A stretch of DNA of 64,000 bases from Eledone cirrhosa (lineage: Eukaryota). The position numbers were made by a program, and so were the translations under genes. Below, in pieces: positions 1 through 12,500 of the stretch. The notes beneath the pieces are model-generated. The model ran no database searches, was not told the origin of the DNA, and saw only the letters and a list, made by a program, of their open reading frames with translations. The stretch is taken from contig OZ024765.1 of the NCBI GenBank assembly GCA_964016885.1, positions 21,886,001 to 21,950,000 on the forward strand, given 5' to 3'. Every line of letters begins with the position of its first letter. Positions within the stretch are counted from its first letter, which is position 1.

Positions 1-164
1 ATAATTACTACAATTAAATGGTTAATCAGGGCACCAATCTTAGCTAATTAATCAACTGATCAATTATATGAGATGTCAACATGAATGGACCTGTCATTTT
101 TCTCTAAAGACATTATTTCTAATTCCATCCCACCCGTCCCTTCAATCTTTCTAATTTCTCATTC

Positions 165-205
165 TTTCTTCTGATGAAGGACTAGCGTCTGAAACGTTAA
201 GGCCC
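165..205 (+). ncRNA. Minimal type-I hammerhead ribozyme motif in a PLE-like terminal repeat
   Basis: CTGATGA (171-177) AGGAC-TAGC-GTCT GAAA (191-194) CG TTA; palindromic stem III AACGTT. Confidence 0.65.
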
Positions 206-287
206 TCTTCCTGCTATTTCAAGCGTTAAACTAATATATTCCTTCCATATACTGCACCGATTGTGTTGTTATTTCTGTTTGCCTTTT

Positions 288-322
<35 letters not shown>

Positions 323-375
323 CATGTGATGGTGGTGATGAATCTTATCATATGTGGGTTTACTTTAATCTTTAG

Positions 376-443
376 GCCCTGGCACTCCTGAATATCCAGT
401 CCCTAGCTAAATACAACGCATTTGCTAAAATGAAACCTGCCAA
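376..443 (+). CDS. ANAPC5: ANAPC5 exon (ALALLNIQSLAKYNAFAKMKPA)
   Basis: tttag acceptor, gtaagt donor; phase-2 end matches the next exon. Confidence 0.8.
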
Positions 444-519
444 GTAAGTAGAAGTCTTAAATCTTTTCATTCTAATGGAAGACACTGTCTATGCCTTTAA
501 CTAATTAATGCCCCCCCCC

Positions 520-551
<32 letters not shown>

Positions 552-3500
552 GGAGGCACATGGCTTAGTGGTTAGAGCATTGGCCTTGCAATCGAAAGGT
601 TGTGAGTTCAATTCTCAGACCGGGTGATGTGTTGTTTCCTTGAGCAAGACACTTTATTTCACATTGCTCCAGTTTACTCAGCTGTAGAAATGAGATGATA
701 GGGACTGGGGTCCCTATCATTCCACTGCAAAGTGGTTGTTGAGGTGCCACGGCAAAAAAGCACCCAGCACTCACTGTAAATGAGGTTGGTGTTAGGAAGG
801 GCATCCAGCTGTAGAAATCAAGCCAGAATCAGTTCCCGTCCCACCCTTGCAAGCAGGGAAAAGTGGACGTAAAATGAAATGATGATGATGATATCATCAT
901 CATCATCATCGTTTAACGTCCCAGTTCCACGCTTGCATGGGTTTGGACGGGGGTTTTCACTCTTGAGGCAAGAGTGGTTGTCTTGCTCGCATAGGACTGT
1001 CTGGCAGGTTTTCTACAGCTGGATGCCCTTCCTAACACCAACCACATTTACAGTGTGGACTGGGAGGTTTTTACCGTGTTGCCTACACGGCCACATTACA
1101 GCGTGGACTGTGTGTTTTTTGTCGTGACACCTACACGATCTCATTTGTTTCGGCCTGGATGTTGTGGCACCAACATAACTTTGCATTGAAGGGGGCGGTG
1201 TGGATGGGGTGGGACGGGGGTGTATTTTGTTAGAGATGCCTACTGACTAGTAGGTTTTACTTTGTATTTAGGTAAGGCAGATATATATATATATAATGTC
1301 TGAAGGGGTTTTCTGCTGATAGGATTAAGTATTTAGTGCACTAGAGTATATGGTAGAAATTATCTGGTAGCCACAACTCTAGACAACAGATATTAAAGGA
1401 AACTGTGGCCTAATGAAGTTTGTCCTACTAGTATAATGGGTTATAATTATCTTATTTAACTGGGTATTTGTAATACATATTTATAAAGAAGTGCCAAGAA
1501 ATGCCAGTAGAAGGAAGACGCAGTAGAGGAAGACCACGAAAAACATGGGCGGAGGTGGTGAGAGCTGACCTTAGATTGCTGAAACTCGCGGAGGAGATGA
1601 TGAAGGACCGTGACAAGTGGAGAGATGCTGTGCTGAATAGGACCCGTCCCACCCTTGCAAGCAGGGAAAAGCAGACGTAAAATGATGATGATGATGATAT
1701 GGTGCCACAACAACAAAAGCACTCAGTCTGTCCTCTAAGATGGTCATTTTTGGTGACACGATAAAAACCACCCAGTCCACATTGTAACGTGGTTTGCATT
1801 AGGAAGGACATCCAGCCTGAGAAACCAAGCCATAACACAGATACATATGAGAAAGATGTGGCTCCCCTGATATGACTTATCTCTCATAACATAACAACCT
1901 CTCTAACCTATGCAACAGTGGGAAAGCAGACATTAACCCTTTTAGCATTTAAACCTGCTGTAACCAACCAGAATTCTCTCACCTATTTCTGTTCAAACCG
2001 GCCGAAACTTGCCACTCATACTGATGTTAAGGTATTCTTCTCAAAATAAATAATATCAAAATCACATAGATTTGATATTATGTGAGGTAAAGCCTTTACT
2101 GTGAAAATACAATAGTATATATAGAGTAATGTAAATGTTATGTGAGATATTATGTGAGGTAAAGCCTTTATTGTGAAAATACAATAGTATATATAGAGTA
2201 ATGTAAATGGTATGTGAGATATTATGTGAGGTAAAGCCTTTACTGTGAAAATACAATAGTATATATAGAGTAATGTAAATGTTATGTGAGATATGTGAGG
2301 TAAAGCCTTTACTGTGAAAATACAATAGTATATATAGAGTAATGTAAATGTTATGTGAGATATTATGTGGGGTAAAGACTTTACTGTGAAAATACAATAG
2401 TATATATAGAGTAATGTAAATGTTATGTGAGATATTATGTGAGGTAAAGCCTTTACTGTGAAAATACAATAGTATATATAGAGTAATGTAAATGGTATGT
2501 GAGATATTATGTGAGGTAAAGCCTTTACTGTGAAAATACAATAGTATATATAGAGTAATGTAAATGTTATGTGAGATATGTGAGGTAAAGCCTTTACTGT
2601 GAAAATACAATAGTATATATAGAGTAATGTAAATGTTATGTGAGATATTATGTGAGGTAAAGCCTTTACTGTGAAAATACAATAGTATATATAGAGTAAT
2701 GTAAATGTTATGTGAGGTAAAGCCTTTACTGTGAAAATACAATAGTATATATAGAGTAATGTAAATGTTATGTGAGATATTATGTGAGGTAAAGCCTTTA
2801 CTGTGAAAATACAATAGTATATATAGAGTAATGTAAATGTTATGTGAGATATTATGTGAGGTAAAGACTTTACTGTGAAAATACAATAGTATATATAGAG
2901 TAATGTAAATGTTATGTGAGATATTATGTGAGGTAAAGACTTTACTGTGAAAATACAATAGTATATATAGAGTAATGTAAATGTTATGTGAGATATTATG
3001 TGAGGTAAAGCCTTTACTGTGAAAATACAATAGTATATATAGAGTAATGTAAATGTTATGTGAGATATTATGTGAGGTAAAGCTTTTACTGTGAAAATAC
3101 AATAGTATATATAGAGTAATGTAAATGTTATGTGAGATATTATGTGAGGTAAAGACTTCACTGTGAAAATACAATAGTATATATAGAGTAATGTAAATGT
3201 TATGTGAGATATTATGTGAGGTAAAGCCTTTACTGTGAAAATACAATAGTATATATAGAGTAATGTAAATGTTATGTGAGATATTATGTGAGGTAAAGCT
3301 TTTACTGTGAAAATACAATAGTATATATAGAGTAATGTAAATGTTATGTGAGATATTATGTGAGGTAAAGACTTCACTGTGATAATACAATAGTATATAT
3401 AGAGTAATGTAAATGTTATGTGAGATATTATGTGAAGTAAAGCCTTTACTGTGAAAATACAATAGTATATATAGAGTAATGTAAATGTTATGTGAGATAT

Positions 3501-6500
3501 TATGTGAGGTGAAGCCTTTACTGTGAAAATACAATAGTATATATAGAGTAATGCAAATGCTAAACGCTTAAACAATGATGATAATGTTGCTTGACGTGTG
3601 TTGTGTAAAGTTTTCAGGTTAATTAAAAATATAATTAAAATCTAATCAATTTTAAATTTAATTTCCAGTGTCATTGAAAGTATGTTATCAAACAATGTTC
3701 TAAGCAGTCAGTTTTCTCACGGAGAGTTTGCCTGTATCAGCCTCGCCCAGATTGCTGCCCTCTGGCACACCTATGGCAAAAGGTACCACATTTTTATCTT
3801 TATATATCTCTTCTCTTTGCATGGTTAACCTTTTCATTACCATATTTCTAGTGTAAGACACTGTCTATGTCATTAGCCCTTTCATTACCATATTTCTAAT
3901 GAAAGACACTGTCTATGTCATTAGCCCTTTCATTACCATATTTCTAATGTAAGACACTGTCTATGTCATTAGCCCTTTCATTACCATATTTCTAATGTAA
4001 GACACTGTTTATGTCATTAACCCTTTCATTACCATATATCTAATGAAAGACACTGTCTATGTCATTAGCCCTTTCATTACCATATTTCTAATGTAAGACA
4101 CTGTCTATGTCATTAACCCTTTCATTACCATATTTCTAATGTAAGACACTGTCTATGTCATTAGCCCTTTCATTACCATATTTCTAATGAAAGACACTGT
4201 CTATGTCATTAACCCTTTCATTACTATATTTCTAATGAAAGACACTGTCTATGTCATTAACCCTTTCATTACTATATTTCTAATGAAAGACACTGTCTAT
4301 GTCATTAACCCTTTCATTACCATATATTCTAATGCACTGTCTATGTCATTAACCCTTTCATTACTATATTTCTAATGAAAGACACTGTCTATGTCGTTAA
4401 CCCTTTCATTACCATATATTCTAATGAAAGACACTGTCTATGACATTAACCCTTTCATTAGCATATATCTAATGAAAGACACAGTCTATGTCATTAACCC
4501 TTTCATTACCATATTTCTAATGAAAGACACTGCCTATGTCATTAACCCTTTCATTACCATATATCTAATGTAAGACACTGTCAATGTCATTAACCCTTTC
4601 ATTACCATATTTCTAATGAAAGACACTGTCTATGACATTAACCCTTCCATTACCATATATCTAATGAAAGACACTGTCTATGTCATTAACCCTTTCATTA
4701 CCATATTTCTAATGAAAGACACTGTCTATGTCATTAACCCTTTCATTACCATATATCTAATGTAAGACACTGTCTATGTCATTAACCCTTTCATTACCAT
4801 ATTTCTAATGTAAGACACTGTCTATGTCATTAACCCTTTCATTACCATATTTCTAATGAAAGACACTGTCTATGTCATTAACCCTTTCATTACCATATAT
4901 CTAATGTAAGACACTGTCTATGTCATTAACCCTTTCATTACCATATATCTAATGTAAGACACTGTCTATGTCATTAACCCTTTCATTACCATATATCTAA
5001 TGAAAGACACTGTCTATGTCATTAACCCTTTCATTACCATATATCTAATGTAAGACACTGTCTATGTCATTAACCCTTTCATTACCATATTTCTAATGTA
5101 AGACACTGTCTATGTCATTAACCCTTTCATTACAATATTTCTAATGAAAGATAATCATTTATTATTTTTTTATATTTTCAGAGAAAACTGTTCCCTTATC
5201 AGCCAGTTAATTCTCCACTTAGATACATCAGATGCTGGCATCTATCGCAATGAAGAGTCTGTGTGTATTGCCATGTGTAACTTGGCAAGACACCATTTTG
5301 ACCAGGTAATCAAAACATGTGAAAGTCTGTGGTTTAGTAGTAAAAGGTGTTAGCTGAGGAATTGTATGGTCTATAGTTCGATTCCTGAAGGACCACTGTC
5401 AACCTTGAGCAAGACACTTTATTTCAAATTTCACCAGTTCACTCAGTTGGTAAAATACAGTTGTACCTATATGTAGCTTAGTGGTAAAGGTGTTAGCTTA
5501 GTAATGTAGCTTAGTGGTAAAGGTGTTAGCTTAGTTATGTAGCTTAGTAGTAAAGGGTGATAGCTTAGCAATGTAGCTTAGTAGTAAAGGTGTTAGCTTA
5601 GGTATGTAGCTTAGTAGTAAAGGTGTTAGCTTAGTAATGTAGCTTAGTGGTAAAGGTGTTAACTTAGTAACGTAGCTTAGTGGTAAAGGTGTTAGCTTAG
5701 TTATGTAGCTTAGTAGTAAAGGGTGATAGCTTAGCAATGTAGCTTAGTAGTAAAGGTGTTAGCTTAGGTATGTAGCTTAGTAGTAAAAGTGTTAACTTAG
5801 TAACGTAGCTTAGTGGTAAAGGTGTTAACTTAGTAATGTAGCTTAGTGGTAAAGGTGTTAGCTTAGTTATGTAGCTTAGTAGTAAAGGTGTTAGCTTAGT
5901 AATGTAGCTTAGTAGTAAAAGTGTTAACTTAGTAACGTAGCTTAGTGGTAAAGGTGTTAGCTTAGTAATGTAGCTTAGTAGTAAAGGTGTTAGCTTAGTT
6001 ATGTAGCTTAGTAGTAAAGGTGTTAGCTTAGTTATGTAGCTTAGTAGTAAAGGTGTTAGCTTAGTTATGTAGCTTAGTAGTAAAGGTGTTAGCTTAGTTA
6101 TGTAGCTTAGTAGTAAAGGTGTTAGCTTAGTAATGTAGCTTAGTGGTAAAGGTGTTAGCTTAGTTATGTAGCTTAGTAGTAAAGGTGTTAGCTTAGTGGT
6201 AAAGGTGTTAGCTTAGTAATGTAGCTTAGTAGTAAAGGTGTTAGCTTAGTAATGTAGCTTAGTAGTAAAGGTGTTAACTTAGTAACGTAGCTTAGTGGTA
6301 AAGGTGTTAGCTTAGTAATGTAGCCTAGTAGTAAAGGTGTTAGCTTAGTAATGTAGCTTAGTGGTAAAGGTGGTAGCTTAGTAATGTAGCTTAGTGGTAA
6401 AGGTGTTAGCTTAGTAATGTAGAATAGTGGTAAAGGTGTTAGCTTAGTAATGTAGCTTAGTGGTAAAGGTGTTAGCTTAGTAATGTAGCTTAGTGGTAAA

Positions 6501-9500
6501 GGTGTTAGCTTAGTAATGTAGCTTAGTGGTAAAGGTGTTAGCTTAGTAATGTAGCTTAGTGGTAAAGGTGTTAGCTTAGTAATGTAGCCTAGTAGTAAAG
6601 GTGTTAGCTTAGTAATGTAGCTTAGTGGTAAAGGTGGTAGCTTAGTAATGTAGCTTAGTGGTAAAGGTGTTAGCTTAGTAATGTAGCCTAGTAGTAAAGG
6701 TGTTAGCTTAGTAATGTAGCTTAGTGGTAAAGGTGGTAGCTTAGTAATGTCGCTTAGTGGTAAAGGTGTTAGCTTAGTAATGTAGCTTAGTAGTAAAGGT
6801 GGTAGCTTAGTAATGTAGCTTAGTGGTAAAGGTGGTAGCTTAGTAATGTAGCTTAGTGGTAAAGGTGGTAGCTTAGTAGTAAAGGTGTTAGCTTAGTAAT
6901 GTAGCTTAGTGGTAAAGGTGGTAGCTTAGTAATGTAGCTTAGTGGTAAAGGTGGTAGCTTAGTAGTAAAGGGTGATAGCTTAGCAATTGTAAGGTCTGCA
7001 GTTCAATTCCTGGAAGAACACTATGACCTTGAGCAAGATACTTTATTTCAAATTTCCACCGTTTATTCAGTTGTTAAAAAATGAGTTGTACCTATATGTA
7101 GCTTAATGGTAAAGGGTGTTAGCTTTCCCCTCCACCAAAATTGTTGGCCTTGAACCTAAATCTGAAACCATTATTATTATTATTATTAGGGTGGTGGATT
7201 GGCAGTATCGGTAGAGGATCGGACGCCATGCTTTGCAGCATAGAGTTACGGCCCTTTATGATCTAAGTTCAAATCCTGCCGAGGTTAACTTTGCCTCTCA
7301 TCCTTATGCGGTCGATAAAATAAAGTACCAGTCACGAACTGGGGTCAATTTAATCGACTTTCCCTTCCTTCCCCCAAAATAACAAACCATTGTTATTATT
7401 GGCGGTGTGGCAGCATCAGCAGAGTGTCGGACGCCATGCTTTGCAGCATGGAGTTATGGCCCTTTACGGCCCGAGTTCAAGTCCCGCCGAGGTTAACTTT
7501 GTTTTTCATCCTTACGAGGTCGATAAAATAAAGTACCAGTAATGCACTGGGGTAATTACTGGCCTTGTGCCAAAAGTAGAAACAATTATTATTATTTTTT
7601 TTTATTTCTTCAGGGTATGATTGATGTTGCTATGGTGATAGTTAACGGAGCCAAAGAAAGGTTTCCAGCCAACACTTCCTTTGCCCATATATGGATGGCC
7701 TCGGAACAAGAGATGAAGTTCACTCTGGCCGTCTACAGTAACGAATGGAGTGACGCCGAGACAGCATTGGTCAACTTGAGGGCAGTTTGTCAGATAGAAG
7801 CAGATATCCGGTTGGTATTTAGCCATATCATCATCATCATCATCATCAACGTTTAACGTCCGTGTTCCACGCTTGCATGGGTTTGGACGGGGATTTTCCC
7901 ACTTGAAGCAAGAGTGATTGTCTTGCTCGCATAGGACTGTCTGGCGGGTTTTCTACAGTTGGATGCCCTTCCTAACACCAACCACATTTACAGTGTGGGA
8001 CTGGGAGGTTTTTACCGTGTTGCCTACACGGCCACATTACAGCGTGGACTATCTGGCGTGTTTTCTACAGCTGGATGCCCTTCCTAACACCAACCACATT
8101 TACAGTGTGGGGCTGGGAGGTTTTTACCGTGTTGCCTACACGGCCACATTACAGCGTGGACTGTCTGGCGTGTTTTCTACAGCTGGATGCCCTTCCTAAC
8201 ACCAACCACATTTACAGTGTGGGGCTGGGAGGTTTTTACCGTGTTGCCTACACGGCCACATTACAGCGTGGACTGTCTGGCGGGTTTTCTACAGCTGGAT
8301 GCCCTTCCTAACACCAACCACATTTACAGTGTGGACTGGGAGGTTTTTACCGTGTTGCCTACACGGCCACATTACAGCGTGGACTGTCTGGCAGGTTTTC
8401 TACAGCTGGATGCCCTTCCTAACACCAACCACATTTACAGTGTGGACTGGGAGGTTTTTACCGTGTTGCCTACACGGCCACATTACAGCGTGGACTGTCT
8501 GGCGGGTTTTCTACAGCTGGATGCCCTTCCTAACACCAACCACATTTACAGTGTGGACTGGGAGGTTTTTACCGTGTTGCCTACACGGCCACATTACAGC
8601 GTGGACTGTCTGGCAGGTTTTCTACAGCTGGATGCCCTTCCTAACACCAACCACATTTACAGTATATATATATATATTTGAGCAAGTTCTGTCTGTCCAT
8701 CACACAATGTGTGTATGTGTAATAGGAAGGAAGGGGATGGTGAAAAGAAGTATAGCAAAACAACAATTGGCGTTTCTTTTGCTATGCTGTGTGTGTTTGG
8801 TGCATTTATATTTATATACTCTTATAGAAATACAGAAGACCCGCCTTGCCCATGTACAAAGTGAAACCTACAGTCACTAGGCACCTCTTAACCAAAAATA
8901 CACTGCCATCCCACTAACCCTACCCCCAACCCATCTACACCACCCCTTTCTCTGTAAAGTTATGTTGGTACCACAACATCCAGTCCTAAATAAATGAGGT
9001 CGTGTAGGTGTCACGACAAAAAAAACACACAGTCCACGCTGTAATGTGGCCGTGTAGGTAACACGGTAAAAACCTCTCAGTCCACACTGTAAACGTGGTT
9101 GGTGTTAGGAAGGGAATCCAGCCGTAGAAAACCTGCCAGACAATCCTATACGAGTGAGGTGACCAATCTTGCCTCAAGTGGGACAATTCCCGTCTAAACC
9201 CATGCTAGCGTGGAAGATAGATGTTAAACGATGATGATGATGATATATAAATGTATACACATGCACTACGTGTCAGTGTGTTGAAAAAAATTCTAGCAGA
9301 CATATATATATATATGTAAAAACACCCAGTCCTCACTGTAAATGTGGAAAAATGGACATTAAATAGTGGTGATGATTATATATATATAACCAAATGTTAA
9401 TAAGGTTCATTGATTACTCAATGAATATAGTTTTACAATAGATTAAAAGCACTCAACAGGAAAGTTTTCTGGAGTTATTAATATTAATCAAAATATATGT

Positions 9501-12500
9501 TTTATTATATATATTTCGGAGGTACTGTGCTGTTTTTTCAGTACGTCCTCATCAGATAAATACATAAATTGATGTACGGCATACCTCAACTGTCTTGATG
9601 GTTTAATTTCATCAAGACAGTTGAGGTATGTCGTACATCAGTTTATGTATTTATCTGATGAGGACGTACTGAAAAAACAGCACAGTACCTCCGAAATATA
9701 TATAATAAAACATATTTTGAATAATATATATATATATATTATATATAGACAGGGTCTGGCAGCTGAGCTCTTGTCATTTCAACAACATATATATGTGTGT
9801 GACTATATATATATATGCAAAAGTTCTATTTAAATTGTTGGGATACAACAAGCAAATATTTTTATAACTGATATAAAGCACTCAACAAGTATTTGGAGTA
9901 AATATACGATATTAACAAATGGAAACTATATTTATAAAACCATATCTATTTTATTATACATATTTCAAGGATACCATGTTAAATTATGGTATGCTTTCAT
10001 CAGACAAAATACAATATATACCAGTTTTATAAATAAACATTGACGTACCCTTTCAAAATGCAACCGTTACTTTTGGAAGACATCAAGGATGTCTTCCAAA
10101 AGTAACAGTCGCATTTTGAAAGGGTACGTCAATGTTTATTTATAAAACTGGTATATATTGTATTTTGTCTGATGAAAGCATACCATAATTTAACATGGTA
10201 TCCTTGAAATATGTATAATAAAATAGATATGGTTTTATAAATATAGTTTCCATTTGTTAATATCGTATATATATATATATATTCTAGGGCGGGTAAAATT
10301 CCTGAGATCCATGGACGAGTTCTCTCCAGCGGTCTCTGTCCCTCATTATCACTGCCATGTCCTGCATCTCTAACAGACCAGTGTCTGTCCTTAGGGCATC
10401 AACATACCTTAACCTTGGTCTTCCTCTTCTAATGCGTCCATGTAGGGGCTCCCACAGGAGCACTGAGTGCCATGTTGGTGAGCATGTCCAGCTAACCTCT
10501 GTGTCACTTTTGAGCTGACTTTTGGGAGGCTCCCATACAGCTCTGAGTTCTTCATCCTCAGTGTATACTGATTAATGTTCAGATCCATCCTCAGCATTCT
10601 CGTGTAGCACCCATCCACCATCTGAGTGAGTTTCTTGGTCAGTGTCCCAAGTCTCAGACCCGTACAGCAGCACAGACTCCACTACAGCAATGAAGAGGCG
10701 GATTTTCATGTCTTTACGAAGGTCCGACTTCCACACCGATCTCAAGCTGTGGCACGCCGCCCAGGCCTTGCTCTTCCTCTCAACCACATCATCTTCCGTA
10801 TTCCCAATCGTTGCTCCCAAATACAGGAAGTCCTCAACCAATTCTAGCGGCTTCCCGCCTACATTAGTGATCCCCTCTGGCTTCTCAACATTCTCTTCCA
10901 GATATTTTGTATATACATATATATGTTGTTGAAATGGCAACAGCTCAGCTGTCAGACCCTGACTATATATATAAACTGGTCTGTTTTTATTCCTAGTTAT
11001 ATGTAAATTATTAAATCTCTCATCTAATAATCTATTAAACTTAACTAGTTAGCTATATATTTATACTTAATAGTGTTTCTGTTAATGGGTTTTCTCTTTG
11101 AGAGGCAGCTTTGTCTGCTGTTAACTAAGTCAATTTAATCCCGGATAGAAATATAACTTCCATGAGTTATTTCCCTTTCATTATATTTTGAAAACCATAG
11201 TAATTGTGAAATTAATAGGAAAAGAAAATCCATAATACAATTAATCAATAATTATAACCTTAAGTTAGAAATAGAGAATAACTATAAAATCGTTAACTTT
11301 TTAGACGTAACATTAAACCTTAGCACAGGGCTCTACTATCCATTCCATAAACTCTGGTAATAAAAATATTTTTGATGATAAGGCTGAATACTATAATGAA
11401 GCTTTAAATAGAGCAGGGTATTCGAATAAAATTAAATACATTTCATTTCATTTTCATTTTACGTCCGCTTTTTCCCTGCTTGCAAGGGTGGGACGGGAAC
11501 TGATTCTGGCTTGATTTCTACAGCTGGATGCCCTTCCTAACACCAACCTCATTTACAGTGAGTGTTGTGTGCTTTTTTGCCGTGGCACCTCCACGACCAC
11601 TTTGCAGTGGAATGATATGGACCCCAGTCCCTATCATCTCATTTCTACAGCTGAGTAAACTGGAGCAATGTGAAATAAAGTGTCTTGCTCAAGGAAACAA
11701 CACATCACCCGGTCTGAGAATTGAACTCACAACCTTTCGATTGCAAGGCCAATGCTCTAACCACTAAGCCATGTGCCATTGACAACAATAATAAGGCAAA
11801 TCACCCTAGTATTAATTACAATAATAATAAACAATTTAACTTAAACTCTAAAACAAACAAAAGAACTAGATCTAGAAATATTATTTGGTAACGCCCCCCC
11901 CTCCCTCCAATTCTCATTAAGCGTTAAAACACCTTTAGCAAAGCTATTCTTTAAAGCACTAGACAAATGTTTTCCTAAAGCCCACAGATACCACTCAATC
12001 TTTAACACATACTATAAAACTATCCTACGCTATGAACATAGCACAAAATATAAATAGAATTAATAATAGAAACTTAAATTTAAACCCTAACCAAAATAAC
12101 CATAATAGTAATAATAATATTTCTAGCAATATCCAGTATAATAGTACTGTTCTGAGTAATAACAACTCCGTAAAATATAACTGTAGAATCAAATCAAACT
12201 GCCCTTTACAAAATAAGTGTTTAGATAAAAACATAGTTTATAAATGCACAGTTAAAACTAGTGATAATATATTTAACTATGTCAGTGCCACTTCTACAAA
12301 ATTTAAAGATTGGTGGAATAACCACAATCACTCTTTTAGAAGATCTAATAAAAAATCTTCTACTACCCTTTCACATCTTATATGGAACTTAAAAAGCAAG
12401 AATATAGACTATTCAAAATTATCTTGGAAAACGATTTCGAAAGCAACTGCGTACCGAAACACGGCCTTATCAAGATTCTGAAAATTGTGTATTGAAGAAA

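Noticed and set aside
552-625. Possible tRNA-Cys gene (TTGCAAT loop)
   Set aside because: Head of a multi-copy SINE; anticodon and acceptor stems do not pair properly
565-804. Recurrent MPFLTPT... ORFs of about 79 aa
   Set aside because: Antisense reading of SINE copies
2016-3575. 519-aa and 490-aa repetitive ORFs
   Set aside because: Products of a stop-free 72-bp array, antisense within an ANAPC5 intron; the same array recurs in hemocyanin introns
10920-10965. Possible permuted hammerhead (GAAA...CTGAC)
   Set aside because: No valid stem III plus UH, and the core is not CUGANGA
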